A stretch of DNA of 64,000 nt from an uncultured virus (IMG/VR IMGVR_UViG_3300037466_001022) (Duplodnaviria; Heunggongvirae; Uroviricota; Caudoviricetes), in the IMG/VR virus record IMGVR_UViG_3300037466_001022; one strand, written 5' to 3'. Below, one piece after another: positions 1 through 10,292 of this stretch. Each line of letters opens with the position of its first letter. Within the stretch, counting starts at the first letter, position 1. The notes beneath the pieces are model-generated. The model did no database searches. It was not told the DNA's origin and was given only the letters and a program-made list of their open reading frames with translations. Made by a program: the position numbers and the translations under genes.

Positions 1-9
1 GAAGAAGCT

Positions 10-216
10 ATGACCGAGAAGGATGTAATGGCGGCTCTTAATAAGTTTCGTGAGGAATGCGAGGCACGAGACAAGGCCACAAATGAAACGATAGCAAAAC
101 TCCAAGAACAGGTAACATTCCTCAGCCGTGATGTTGACACTTTGTCCAAGGAATTGGCTTGGCATAAACTTGCTCAGGATCATTCTACAGGAATCCATAT
201 GCCAATGGCAGGATAA
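10..216 (+). CDS. hypothetical coiled-coil protein
   Basis: 68-aa ORF whose stop overlaps the next start (TAATG). Confidence 0.6.
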   Translation: MTEKDVMAALNKFREECEARDKATNETIAKLQEQVTFLSRDVDTLSKELAWHKLAQDHSTGIHMPMAG

Positions 217-1784
217 TGAGAAACGATAAACTCCTAAACTCTGAATATAACGTGACATTTGAAAAGGTCCTCACCATGAGTGAGGACCAATTTCATGATT
301 GGTGCGTTGGTCTAAGAAAGACCATTGTTGATCTATGGGATAACCATGATCTTCCACCGATTGTCGGATATACAGAAGAAGAAATTGTGGATCAATTCAA
401 ACAGATGGAATCATTCCCTGTTCATGTAAAATTTCCTCGTGTGAACGAAGAAACAGGCAAGGAAGATGTAATCCGTAACATATCTATTATCGGTAATGCG
501 GTGAATTCCTTTTTCCCTGCAATGATGAAGACGCCAATTAGCTATGCTGGAAATGGAGAAGGTCGTTCCATTTATGACTTCTTCGCAAGAGATGATTTGC
601 TTGAGCGTTTCAAGACATATGCTAGAAGACATTTTAAGCGTGATAGCTTCTACCATTATTCCAATCCTATCAAGGCGCGTGATCCGAGATTGCCTGACAC
701 ATTGATGGTGGATAATGGGGTTGACTTCATCAAAGAATTTAGTAGGAATACTGAAAAATATATGGAGACCGATAAGATCGCTTATTGGTTATGCCCTGTT
801 AAAGAAGATTCTGAATACACTGGCTATGATGATAAGCTTAAAGGTCAAGTTTATTTGAAACTTACTCGTAAAGAAATTGAAGACCTTGATCACCAATATA
901 TCATTAATATTGGAGAAGATGTGTGGTCAAATGTTGATTTTGATCGCAGTGAAATTTATACTATTCGGTTCTTTGAACTTGGACAGAAGCTCTTTCCAAT
1001 TGGATTGAAGGCGTTCAAGATTTCCTTCTCACAATACGCCGTAAACTTCCCGCCATTGACTGCCAAATATTTGATTGAAAGATATACAAATCATATTGAA
1101 TATGATGATAAAGGCCTTGCAATCAATGTCTATGATTCATCGATGGGATGGGGCGGAAGATTACTTGGTGCTATGGCTGTAAGGGACGATAGACGCATTC
1201 ATTATATTGGTACCGATCCAAATACAGATAACACCAAGCGTTATAGAGAGGTATATGATTTCTATATCAATAATGTAAATAAAGGTGGATTGTGTGAAGT
1301 TCCACATAACAGTGCTGTATTTTATGATGTTGGTTCGGAAGTCATTCATGAAAATATTTCATTCCAAGGTTACAAGGGGCATATTGATTTCTTTTTGACA
1401 AGTCCACCTTATTGGAACCGTGAACAATATAGTAAAGAAGAAACACAATCCTGGGTTAAATTTCCTTCATATGATGAATGGAAGAAAGGTTTTCTTGAGC
1501 CAACTATTAAAACCATTTGTGAATATTTAGATCATGACAGATATGCATGTTGGAATATAGCGGATATCAAAATCGGTAAAGACCTTATTCCTTTAGAAAA
1601 TGATTCCATCGAATTGTTTAAAAAACATGGAATGGAATATATTGAAACTTTGAAGATGGGTTTGAGTCCAATGCCGGGTGGAAATAGAACACGAGAAGAT
1701 GGTACTGGAACAACAAAAAATAGCGTAAGAGTTGATGGTATGTTAATAAAATTCGAACCGATATTTGTCTTCAGGAAGCCTTAG
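216..1784 (+). CDS. amino-DNA methyltransferase (N6-A/N4-C class)
   Basis: SAM-binding-like motif DSSMGWGGRLLG and catalytic TSPPY motif. Confidence 0.8.
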   Translation: MRNDKLLNSEYNVTFEKVLTMSEDQFHDWCVGLRKTIVDLWDNHDLPPIVGYTEEEIVDQFKQMESFPVHVKFPRVNEETGKEDVIRNISIIGNAVNSFFPAMMKTPISYAGNGEGRSIYDFFARDDLLERFKTYARRHFKRDSFYHYSNPIKARDPRLPDTLMVDNGVDFIKEFSRNTEKYMETDKIAYWLCPVKEDSEYTGYDDKLKGQVYLKLTRKEIEDLDHQYIINIGEDVWSNVDFDRSEIYTIRFFELGQKLFPIGLKAFKISFSQYAVNFPPLTAKYLIERYTNHIEYDDKGLAINVYDSSMGWGGRLLGAMAVRDDRRIHYIGTDPNTDNTKRYREVYDFYINNVNKGGLCEVPHNSAVFYDVGSEVIHENISFQGYKGHIDFFLTSPPYWNREQYSKEETQSWVKFPSYDEWKKGFLEPTIKTICEYLDHDRYACWNIADIKIGKDLIPLENDSIELFKKHGMEYIETLKMGLSPMPGGNRTREDGTGTTKNSVRVDGMLIKFEPIFVFRKP

Positions 1785-2463
1785 ATAAAATCCAACCTAC
1801 ATTTTTTCCAGATGTAGGTTGGATGCCTGTTTTTTCTGTTTTAACAAAGGTGGATAGCGACAAATTGTGTTCAATACAAAAATGTTCTCGTCTACCTTTC
1901 ACCTTATATTTTTTACCGGTAGGATCAATAAAAATCCAATCCAAAGCTCTTGGATTGTTTTCTGGAATACCATCGTTCATAGGTCTATCTAATAACCTTT
2001 GACGGCTATTTTCTCGAAACTCTTTTGTTTTATTTTTCGATTTGTTTCTCAAATTTTCTATTGCTTCTGGATGTTCAAGAAAAAATCTCTTTCGAGATTG
2101 AGACATTTTGTATTTTTGATTGTCGGATTTAGGTCTACCTTTTTGATTTGGTGGTCTATTATCAGAACAGCGATTTGTTAAAATTCCATTTATATCGATA
2201 TGCTTTCTTCCATAAATTTTGATCAATAGAGCTTCATAATCATATGCCTCCATTTCATTATTTGTCCGGAAATCAAATTCTATCAATGGTTCCAAATTTT
2301 TATTTCTTATCGATTGGATTTTACACCATTTCAACATATTTTCTGTAGTCTCTTTGGTTTCTTTGAAATGCTTTTTCCATCGTTGCTTTGTGCCTTTACC
2401 GACATAGAACGGCATCATATCTGATGGATCGATTAAAATGTAGACATAGTAATGCTGTGACAT
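1771..2463 (-). mobile_element. free-standing GIY-YIG homing endonuclease
   Basis: YYVYILIDP..PFYVGKG..R..H..E GIY-YIG core and basic C-terminal DNA-binding region; inserted antisense, overlapping the MTase 3' end. Confidence 0.85.
1790..1835 (+). terminator. putative intrinsic terminator inside the endonuclease CDS (opposite strand)
   Basis: perfect 13-bp stem ATCCAACCTACAT/ATGTAGGTTGGAT, T-run a few nt downstream, 5 nt after the MTase stop. Confidence 0.55.
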
Positions 2464-2482
2464 GATTCCTCGTGTTTATAGA

Positions 2483-2520
2483 TGTGGTGGGACCTCACTC
2501 CGCGACCACAACTACTTAGT
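2483..2520 (-). promoter_or_regulatory. conserved endonuclease leader hairpin, copy 1, with degenerate late promoter
   Basis: UGUGGU-CGC-GGA-gugagg-UCC-C-ACCACA preceded by ACTAAGTA. Confidence 0.7.
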
Positions 2521-2531
2521 TTCTATAAGCC

Positions 2532-2560
2532 TTGACACTCAGTTGTGGTTCAACTAGAGT
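2532..2560 (+). promoter_or_regulatory. sigma70-type early promoter
   Basis: TTGACA-17 nt-TAGAGT upstream of ORF 2584. Confidence 0.55.
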
Positions 2561-2583
2561 GACAAACATCAACAGGGAACACG

Positions 2584-3030
2584 ATGCAAGATCGTACTGC
2601 GATAGCATTAATTGGATGGGAGACTCGTCGTCTTTACAGATTTGAGACTGAGTGTGAAATCCTCAAGCCTCTGCGCCAACGTCAATCGTTGGATAGCCTT
2701 CGTCATGAAGCGAAGAAAATCTGGAAGACGACCTTTTTTCGTCAGACACATGATATCCCTGAATTGAGATTCGGTCCGGGAACGAAACATGGAACTGAAA
2801 TGGTTTCGTTCTATCATTGGTATGACAACTACAGTGAATTTGCTCCAGGTGAAAGAAATTATTTGGTGTTAAGCCACGAGCTTGTCCATGCCAAGGGTTA
2901 TGAATACCATAACCAAGGTTTTGTAGCCGAATATTTCAAGGTTCTTGATCATCATTTCGATATCGATCTCAAGGAACTTTCATATCAAGCGGAAGTCTAT
3001 GATCTTCCATATCAACCCATGATCCATTGA
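2584..3030 (+). CDS. HExxH zinc-metalloprotease-like protein
   Basis: SHELVHAKGYEYH motif. Confidence 0.5.
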   Translation: MQDRTAIALIGWETRRLYRFETECEILKPLRQRQSLDSLRHEAKKIWKTTFFRQTHDIPELRFGPGTKHGTEMVSFYHWYDNYSEFAPGERNYLVLSHELVHAKGYEYHNQGFVAEYFKVLDHHFDIDLKELSYQAEVYDLPYQPMIH

Positions 3031-3038
3031 TCCATAGG

Positions 3039-3067
3039 TTGCTTTAACCTCTATTCACGTATATAAT
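3039..3067 (+). promoter_or_regulatory. sigma70-type promoter
   Basis: TTGCTT-17 nt-TATAAT. Confidence 0.5.
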
Positions 3068-3090
3068 GATTTCTCAATTTAGAGGAATAA

Positions 3091-5439
3091 ATGAGACAAT
3101 ATATTAAAGGTATCCTGGCAAAGCTTCTTGCCGAGGAAAACATGGTTGTCAGGTACGACAACGTTCCAAACGCCTCTTTCGATCAAAAGAGACGTATTCT
3201 TACTCTTCCAAATATCTCTGAACATGTGACTACCGACATGTTTAATTTCATGATTGGTAAGGAAGCGGCTCGTGCGTTGTATAACGACCGAAACGTTTCT
3301 GCGGATACAATCTTCAATAAGGTTGCTCCAGGAAAGAAGCAATGGGGTGGTCAGCTATATTCTATTGCTGATAGCGTTCGTACCGAACGTTTGATCAAGA
3401 GGAAGTATCCTGGTCTAGCTGTTTCTTTCCAACAGTCCTATAAAGATATCTATGACCGCTTTATTAACGGAAAGAATAATTTCTTTACGGCGGAAAATGT
3501 CAGCCTTCCGGATCGTCTGGCTGTGCATTTTCGTCTAGGTCCTATTGCAAACGTCCAATTCTCAAAGACGGAACGAAAGCTCGTCAAGCTTTTTGAGGAT
3601 ATGGAAACAACGGATGATGCGATTAAGGCCGCTTCCGAGCTTCGAAAGTTTATTGATGAGCCGCCTCCCTGTTCTGATGGTGGTGATGGTGAAGATGACC
3701 AGGATCAGGACCAGGATGGTGATAACCAGTCTAAGTCTAAGTCGAAATCTAAGTCCAAGAGCAAGTCAAAAGACAAAAACAAGGATAAAGACGACTCTGA
3801 CGGAGATGGTGATTGCGATTCCGATGATTCGGATGGTGACCAAGATGATTCGGATGGAGATGGAAAAGGTCAGGGTGATAGTGACTCTGACGATGACAAG
3901 GATGGTGATGGGGATTCTGACGGTGATGCCGACGGCGACTCCGATGATGACGGTGAGAAGGAAGGTAAATCTTCTCAAGGTGATAAGCCAGGCAAAGGCG
4001 GACCTTCTCCTCGCGACAATCAGGGTGGTTCTGGCTCAGAGAATGATAACAACCAAAATACCGATCTGAATGACCAAATTCAAGGTGCCCTGTCGAAAAA
4101 CATTGATAAATCTGGGGATAAATTCGACCTTGTATTCATGCCACAGGAATTAAATCCTGATGAATATATTGTTCCTCATAAGACTATTTTTGGTCAATCT
4201 TCTGTTTGGTCTAAAATGAATGATTCTAGCAATTCTGATGCGAGAGCATATAAGGAATGGCTCGATACCAATGGTCCAACCATCACACAGATGGTATTGG
4301 AATTTGAACGGCGCAAGCGAGCTATCCTGTATTCTCGCCAGAAGATTTCAAAGACTGGTATGATTGATACCAATCGTTTGCCACAATCTTTCTATTCGGA
4401 AGATGTATTCAAGCGTGTTACCAATATTCCAGAAGGTAAAAACCATGGTATGTTGATGATTATTGATTGGTCTGGTTCCATGGCAAGTAATATGTCAGGC
4501 ACACTGGATCAATTGATGAATCTTGTGGCTTTCTGTCGCCGCAGAAAGATTCCACATGAGGTATATGCATTCTCGGATGCAACTAGTCTTGGTGTTCCAT
4601 CAAATAAGAACAATAAGAAGATTGAACATGATGATGGAACTTTGGTTCCCAGTAGAATGAAACTTCTTCAATTCTTTACAGACGAAATGACGAATGCTGA
4701 GTACATTACAGCTATGGAAAATATCAATTCTCTTAGACTTGGATATAGTCCAAATGCTAACAGATATCGTCAATTGAACAATCTCAAGGGATTAAATCTT
4801 GGTGGTACCCCTTTGAATAGTGCTATTCTGGTAACTCCGTTTCTTGTCGAAAGGATGCGCCAACGTACAAAGGTCGAAATCTTCAAGACTATTCTTTTGA
4901 CGGATGGGGCATCCAATGCCGACATGAATGTTACTGGTAATAATAACTATAGCCGTTATGGGTATAATAATACCACTTCAGCTATTGGTCTTTCGGACCG
5001 TAAGACCGGATTTACTCGCCAGACCAAAAACAATATGTCATTCACAGGATCACTGATCGAATGGGCATCATTACGTGGTAAGTGTGATTTTGTTGGTATC
5101 TATATTGCGGATTCCTACAATATAAATCCAAAATCTCACTTGGATAGCTTATTGAAAAGCTTGTCGCCCGATGAACAAACTGGCGCAAAGAAGAAGAGTG
5201 AAAACATTGATAAGCAATTCGCATCAATGACAAAGGATGGTTTTTGTGTAACCGAAAATTTCGGTTTTAGCGAATACTACATTTTGGCTCCACAAAAAAG
5301 CCGAGACCAATCAAAAACGTTCACTCCTTTGAATGGTACGAGTACAGAGATTCTTTCTAAATCTCTCAATAAGGAGATTGAGAAGAAGAAGGTAAACCGA
5401 GTCCTTTTGTCGAGGTTTATTGAAAAATTGGCTGTATGA
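3091..5439 (+). CDS. CobT-like VWA-domain protein with long acidic low-complexity linker
   Basis: MIDAS motif IDWSGSM, GGTPLN and LLTDG; D/S/G/K-rich linker; adjacent to a MoxR/CobS ATPase. Confidence 0.8.
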   Translation: MRQYIKGILAKLLAEENMVVRYDNVPNASFDQKRRILTLPNISEHVTTDMFNFMIGKEAARALYNDRNVSADTIFNKVAPGKKQWGGQLYSIADSVRTERLIKRKYPGLAVSFQQSYKDIYDRFINGKNNFFTAENVSLPDRLAVHFRLGPIANVQFSKTERKLVKLFEDMETTDDAIKAASELRKFIDEPPPCSDGGDGEDDQDQDQDGDNQSKSKSKSKSKSKSKDKNKDKDDSDGDGDCDSDDSDGDQDDSDGDGKGQGDSDSDDDKDGDGDSDGDADGDSDDDGEKEGKSSQGDKPGKGGPSPRDNQGGSGSENDNNQNTDLNDQIQGALSKNIDKSGDKFDLVFMPQELNPDEYIVPHKTIFGQSSVWSKMNDSSNSDARAYKEWLDTNGPTITQMVLEFERRKRAILYSRQKISKTGMIDTNRLPQSFYSEDVFKRVTNIPEGKNHGMLMIIDWSGSMASNMSGTLDQLMNLVAFCRRRKIPHEVYAFSDATSLGVPSNKNNKKIEHDDGTLVPSRMKLLQFFTDEMTNAEYITAMENINSLRLGYSPNANRYRQLNNLKGLNLGGTPLNSAILVTPFLVERMRQRTKVEIFKTILLTDGASNADMNVTGNNNYSRYGYNNTTSAIGLSDRKTGFTRQTKNNMSFTGSLIEWASLRGKCDFVGIYIADSYNINPKSHLDSLLKSLSPDEQTGAKKKSENIDKQFASMTKDGFCVTENFGFSEYYILAPQKSRDQSKTFTPLNGTSTEILSKSLNKEIEKKKVNRVLLSRFIEKLAV

Positions 5440-5500
5440 TGCGGTTGATTTAATGAAAAGTTATGTTATTATGGTTTATATACTCTAGGAGAAGTTGATA

Positions 5501-6463
5501 ATGTCTGATGATAATGAAGTGATCAAGGAGCAGAGTGGGGTGCAGTCTTTGATTCCATCAAAGACCCCGGGTTACGTAGCATTTGGTGAATTTGAAACTG
5601 TGTTTTCAATCGTCAAGAGTGCGATTTTTTACCCAACGTTTATTACTGGTCTTTCCGGTAATGGTAAGTCTCTTATGGTTCGGGAGGTTTGTGCCCGGTC
5701 TCAGAGGCAGTATATTCGTCTAAACGTGACCGCTGAAACCGATGAGGATGATCTTCTTGGTGGTTTCCGACTTGAGGTATCTGGCGGTGCGTCAAAGACC
5801 GCATTCAAGTATGGTCCTGTGATTACTGCGATGCGTACAGGCTCCGTACTCCTTTTGGACGAAATCGATTGTGGTACTCCAAAGCTTATGTGCCTTCAGC
5901 CTATTCTTGAAGGTGAACCTGTCTACCTCAAGAAGACAAACCAGATTATTCATCCGGCACCGGGCTTCAATATCATTGCCTGCGCAAACACCAAGGGCCG
6001 TGGTGATGATGCTGGTAAATTCGTTGGAACGAACATGTTGAATGAGGCATTCCTTGAGCGGTTTGCTATCACGATTGAGCAGGATTATCCGGACGAATCT
6101 ACCGAGCGTAAGATTCTCATGAAGGTGATGGAATCAGTTCTTCCGACGGCGCCTGACCGCGATGATGAAGGTTTTGTCAAGTGTCTGGTTCAATGGGCGG
6201 CTTCTCTCCGCACTTCATACAATGAAGGTGTCCTCCAGGACGTTATCACCACACGTCGTCTTGTCTTGATTGTAAAGTCTTATGCAATCTTCAAGAAGGA
6301 CCGTAAGAAGTGCATGGAACTTGGTGTTGCCCGTTTCGATAAAGACACCAAGGAAGCATTTCTCACCCACTATTCGAATGTGGATGCTGCTTTCCGTTCC
6401 GCTAATAAGTCCTCGACCAGCAGCACTTCTTCTGGAAAGTCAAGTCGAATGACTCCGTTCTAA
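5501..6463 (+). CDS. cobS: CobS/MoxR-family AAA+ ATPase
   Basis: Walker A GLSGNGKS, Walker B LLLDEID, ANTKGRG, NEAFLERF; typical of T4-like phages. Confidence 0.85.
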   Translation: MSDDNEVIKEQSGVQSLIPSKTPGYVAFGEFETVFSIVKSAIFYPTFITGLSGNGKSLMVREVCARSQRQYIRLNVTAETDEDDLLGGFRLEVSGGASKTAFKYGPVITAMRTGSVLLLDEIDCGTPKLMCLQPILEGEPVYLKKTNQIIHPAPGFNIIACANTKGRGDDAGKFVGTNMLNEAFLERFAITIEQDYPDESTERKILMKVMESVLPTAPDRDDEGFVKCLVQWAASLRTSYNEGVLQDVITTRRLVLIVKSYAIFKKDRKKCMELGVARFDKDTKEAFLTHYSNVDAAFRSANKSSTSSTSSGKSSRMTPF

Positions 6464-6486
6464 TATCCTAGAGATTAGAATGGCTG

Positions 6487-6525
6487 GTCAAGTGGTTGGA
6501 GAAATCCAACCACTTGACTTTTTTT
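6487..6525 (+). terminator. intrinsic terminator
   Basis: GTCAAGTGGTTGGA-gaaa-TCCAACCACTTGAC followed by a T-run. Confidence 0.85.
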
Positions 6526-6575
6526 ATGGTATGTGTTAATCTGTTAAGACAATAAACAATAATAAGGAAAATATA

Positions 6576-6770
6576 ATGTCTACAAAAGAAAAGATGCTCA
6601 AGGTTCTCCAGTCAACTCGTGGAGTTGCATTCACCACACGTCAGGCTCGCCGTCGTTTCGGTATTAGTGGTGTAGCACAGCGTATCCATGATCTCCGTAA
6701 TGATGGATATGATATTAGAACCTACACAAATGATCGTGGCGTAACTGGCTATCGTCTAGCCCGCCGCTAG
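6576..6770 (+). CDS. small winged-HTH DNA-binding protein
   Basis: TTRQARRRFGI..VAQRIHDLRNDGYDI pattern. Confidence 0.65.
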   Translation: MSTKEKMLKVLQSTRGVAFTTRQARRRFGISGVAQRIHDLRNDGYDIRTYTNDRGVTGYRLARR

Positions 6771-6779
6771 AGAGAACAA

Positions 6780-6807
6780 AAGAGGAGTTGATTCTCCTCT
6801 TCTTTTT
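6780..6807 (+). terminator. intrinsic terminator
   Basis: AAGAGGAG-ttgatt-CTCCTCTT followed by a T-run. Confidence 0.6.
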
Positions 6808-7302
6808 ATGAACGATCTAAGCCTAGATTCCAAGAAAAGTAACTTGGGTCAAAAGGGTCTTGCAATAGTATTCAATTATTTGGTGAAAGTCAAGAAGTTT
6901 ACTTGTACCATTCCGAATGATGTTCTAGACCCCTTTGTTGATTTGATCATTTATCCAAAACACCCTGACTTGTCAGAATTTATTCTATCACAAGTCAAGA
7001 CCAAGGTTCCGTGGATATATGAAGAGTCACAATCTACGACAGATCGTCAATGGGAACGTTATAAACAGTTGAAATCCATGTGGATTGTCTGTGCACCATC
7101 CGTCGAATATGCATCAAAAGACATGTGGGCAGGAAATGTTTATCACTTCAATCCACAGACAGTAACAATCCGTGAAAAGGTCACCAAGAGTGGACGAAAG
7201 ATGGTGTTGATCCCATTGGATCAAATGGAGCCTTTATTCAAGGTTACAAATAAATTTGATTTGGATCAAATGAAAAGATTTGCTACTGAAGAAGATAAAT
7301 AA
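6808..7302 (+). CDS. hypothetical protein, possible PD-(D/E)xK-like fold
   Basis: VDLII...SQVKT resembles a D..QxK nuclease motif. Confidence 0.4.
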   Translation: MNDLSLDSKKSNLGQKGLAIVFNYLVKVKKFTCTIPNDVLDPFVDLIIYPKHPDLSEFILSQVKTKVPWIYEESQSTTDRQWERYKQLKSMWIVCAPSVEYASKDMWAGNVYHFNPQTVTIREKVTKSGRKMVLIPLDQMEPLFKVTNKFDLDQMKRFATEEDK

Positions 7303-7340
7303 TCCCACAATAAAAAATAACAATGAAGGATTATTAGAAC

Positions 7341-8162
7341 GTGGAATTGAATATTAAGGTAGAAGACCTACGTAAAAGGTCGCTCTTTGTTTGCTGCCCG
7401 ATGTATGGTGGTATGAACCATGGTTTATTTGCCAAGTCATGTCTTGATTTGCAGGCAATTTGCGCTCAATATGGTGTTAACGTCAAGTTTTCATTCTTGT
7501 TCAATGAAAGCTTGATCCAAAGAGCCAGAAATTATCTGGCAGATGAATTCCTAAGATCGGATTCAACTCATTTGATGTTTATCGATTCGGATATTCATTT
7601 TAACCCAAATGATGTTATCACACTACTTGCAATGGATAGAGATATTGCCGGTGGCCCTTACCCAAAGAAGCAGATCAATTGGAGAAATATCTATGAAGCT
7701 TCTCATGCCAAAAATGAAGAAGGTAACTTCAAGATCACATTAGAAACCTCCAATCTACTCGAATCAATGGTGGGAGATTACGTCTTTAATCCTGTTGCTG
7801 GAGTAACTCAAAATTTCCAGGTAACAGAACCATTGGAAGTAATGGAAATCGGTACAGGTTTCATGTTGATCAAACGTGAAACTTTTGATCGTTTCAGAGA
7901 AGTTTATCCAGAACTATCATATAAGCCAGATCACCATGGACAAGCGAACTTCGATGGATCACGTGAAATTCACGCTTATTTCCATTGTGACATTGATCCA
8001 GCAACGAAACGTTATTTGTCAGAAGACTATTTCTTCTGTCAGAAGTCTCGTGCCGCCGGTAAGAAGGTTTGGCTTTGCCCGTGGATGCGCCTCACCCATA
8101 TAGGAACTTATCCTTTTAAAGGAGATATGCCAATGATTGCTCAAATTACTGGTTGTTTATAA
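7341..8162 (+). CDS. GT-A-fold glycosyltransferase-like protein
   Basis: ESLIQRARN, LMFIDSDI (DxD), GTGFMLI and LSEDYFFC motifs. Confidence 0.75.
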   Translation: MELNIKVEDLRKRSLFVCCPMYGGMNHGLFAKSCLDLQAICAQYGVNVKFSFLFNESLIQRARNYLADEFLRSDSTHLMFIDSDIHFNPNDVITLLAMDRDIAGGPYPKKQINWRNIYEASHAKNEEGNFKITLETSNLLESMVGDYVFNPVAGVTQNFQVTEPLEVMEIGTGFMLIKRETFDRFREVYPELSYKPDHHGQANFDGSREIHAYFHCDIDPATKRYLSEDYFFCQKSRAAGKKVWLCPWMRLTHIGTYPFKGDMPMIAQITGCL

Positions 8163-8176
8163 TAAGAGGAATAATA

Positions 8177-8788
8177 ATGACAAAAGATTGGGATTATCCG
8201 AAAGCAAGACCACAAGATAACACTGTAGACAAATATGGTTTTGCTAAAGGTGTTGGTAATATCAACAGCAATGACCCTGGATCGGGAGCCAGATATAATT
8301 CTGGTAAACCAGCAATGGAACTGATCCCTGTTTGGATCATTTCTGACACCGAATATCGTAAAACACAAATGACATATGCAACTGATACAAAGTATTCCTT
8401 GTTTGAAGAAACGAGATGCATTCTTCATTATCTTGGTTTATGGCAAAAAGGTGATATCGACGCAATTGATATTCTGACACACTTTGATAAGTCAATTTGG
8501 GAAGATTGTGCTAACGTCTTTGATTATGGTCGTAAGAAGTATGCGGCATGGAATTGGATCAAAGGAATGGCCTGGTCCATTCCAGTTGCATGTATTGTGC
8601 GTCATGCTCTAGCCATTCTTCGTGGAGAAGAATTGGACCCCGAAAGTGGTCTTCCACATAGAGGCCATATCGCCTGCAACCTAGTGATGCTCGCTCAATA
8701 TGAGCAAACATTTCCAGAAGGTGATGATAGACCAATCAAATGGTTAAACCCAAATACGGAAGTTGACAAAACAGAAAAGTCAAGATAA
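8177..8788 (+). CDS. dATP/dGTP diphosphohydrolase-like protein (DUF5664 type)
   Basis: GARYNSGKP..ELIP, YGRKKYAAWNWIKG, DPESGLPHRGHIACN; RBS GAGGA. Confidence 0.75.
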   Translation: MTKDWDYPKARPQDNTVDKYGFAKGVGNINSNDPGSGARYNSGKPAMELIPVWIISDTEYRKTQMTYATDTKYSLFEETRCILHYLGLWQKGDIDAIDILTHFDKSIWEDCANVFDYGRKKYAAWNWIKGMAWSIPVACIVRHALAILRGEELDPESGLPHRGHIACNLVMLAQYEQTFPEGDDRPIKWLNPNTEVDKTEKSR

Positions 8789-8827
8789 TATTTCTCATAC
8801 AACGAATTAAAAACAAGGTGATAGATA

Positions 8828-9508
8828 ATGAATTTAGCGTTAAATGATGGTGTTTTGAAGACACTGAAGTCCTTTTCAGCGATCAATTCTGGAATGGTCT
8901 TCAAGCCAGGTAAGCGATTTGAAGTTGCACATCCTCTCAAAGAGGTGATTGCATTTGCAATCGTGGATGTAGAAGTCCCTTCGAAGTTTGCAATCTTTGA
9001 TGTTCCCAAGTTTCTTGGTGTCGTAAGTTTGCATGACAAGGACAGTTTGAATTTGGATGTGAATTCAGAGGAAAAGCTTGTTGTGATGCAGTCAAAGCGT
9101 GCAAAGACAAAGTATCGTTTGACTGATCCGACAAACGTTACAAGTGTTCCTGATACATTCAATCTCAAGGTGACTGACAGGAATGCTGAATTTGTTCTGT
9201 CATCGGACGAGATTGAGGAAATCAAGACGGTCTCTAATTCTCTTTCTCTTCCTCATGTAGTCTTTACCAATCCAGCAAACAAGCTTATGATTGATGTAAG
9301 AGACACAAAGAACGATTCATCCGACATTCATCAGATTGGTTCTGCTACTGATGCAGTTGGTGAATTCAACAAGGTGATCTTCAAGGCAGAGAATCTCCGT
9401 TTCTTGATGCCAGGTCATGATTACAAGGTTGTGACAAATACGAAGTTTGCTCATTTCGTTTCCACTGATGGAAAGCTGGAATATTTCGTGTCTTTGGAGT
9501 TGAAGTAA
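8828..9508 (+). CDS. gp45: sliding clamp (T4 gp45-like)
   Basis: LKSFSAINSGMVFKPG, FAIFDVPKFL, FKAENL and LEYFVSLE patterns; TTGACA-17-TAATAT promoter upstream. Confidence 0.85.
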   Translation: MNLALNDGVLKTLKSFSAINSGMVFKPGKRFEVAHPLKEVIAFAIVDVEVPSKFAIFDVPKFLGVVSLHDKDSLNLDVNSEEKLVVMQSKRAKTKYRLTDPTNVTSVPDTFNLKVTDRNAEFVLSSDEIEEIKTVSNSLSLPHVVFTNPANKLMIDVRDTKNDSSDIHQIGSATDAVGEFNKVIFKAENLRFLMPGHDYKVVTNTKFAHFVSTDGKLEYFVSLELK

Positions 9509-9904
9509 ATGTTACATCCAATAAGAATAAAACAATCACATCTTCTCCGCATTCTTAAAGAAAATCGTGATAATTATGCAAAACGATTTTCCAGAATAAT
9601 GTCTCAATTTAGGACGCAAGCTGTAGAGGAATTTGAAGAAGTCCGATTCAAACATGGTTATGATGATTTCACTCCATGTTTATCCTATGATAATGATGCC
9701 AAGACTATCGTGGTAAAATATAAAACTGAATTCAAGTCTCTCCCAAAGAATGAATTAGCCACTTTTGATAGAGATATATTGATGTATGATCATCATACAT
9801 CTGAAGATGGTTATGTAACTCTAGAACAGGACGAATTTCATCGTCTTATGTCCAAAAAAGATTATGAATTAGAAGGCTGGGAAAGAAAGTTAGGAATCAA
9901 ATAA
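9509..9904 (+). CDS. hypothetical protein (paralog of 9904..10290)
   Basis: ORF in operon; aligned similarity to the next ORF. Confidence 0.6.
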   Translation: MLHPIRIKQSHLLRILKENRDNYAKRFSRIMSQFRTQAVEEFEEVRFKHGYDDFTPCLSYDNDAKTIVVKYKTEFKSLPKNELATFDRDILMYDHHTSEDGYVTLEQDEFHRLMSKKDYELEGWERKLGIK

Positions 9905-10290
9905 TGGAAGCTAACGCAATGATCGCCAATACAGGCGTTGTTAAGGTCAATCGTCTAAAATTGTTGGAAGTCCTCCAAAACAACAAGAAGACCCATGTTG
10001 ATGAATTCAACAAGGCAATTGTACAGTTCCGTAAGGATGTTATTGAAGAAATGACGACACTTCTGGATCATGTCACGAAGGGAGAAACCCTCCGTACTGG
10101 TCTGCAACACAACACGATGCAACCAGTTTCCCATGAAAAGGAATATGACAAGGCTATTACCAAATATTCCATGTCGGTTGATGATGAAATTTACTTGAAT
10201 GATCCTCAATTCGATCAACTAGTAATGGATAACTGGCAATGGAAAAATTCAACTTCTAATTTTTATTATGCAACAAGGAGCAGTATGTAA
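9904..10290 (+). CDS. hypothetical phage protein
   Basis: coupled ORF (TAATG). Confidence 0.6.
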   Translation: MEANAMIANTGVVKVNRLKLLEVLQNNKKTHVDEFNKAIVQFRKDVIEEMTTLLDHVTKGETLRTGLQHNTMQPVSHEKEYDKAITKYSMSVDDEIYLNDPQFDQLVMDNWQWKNSTSNFYYATRSSM

Positions 10291-10292
10291 TC

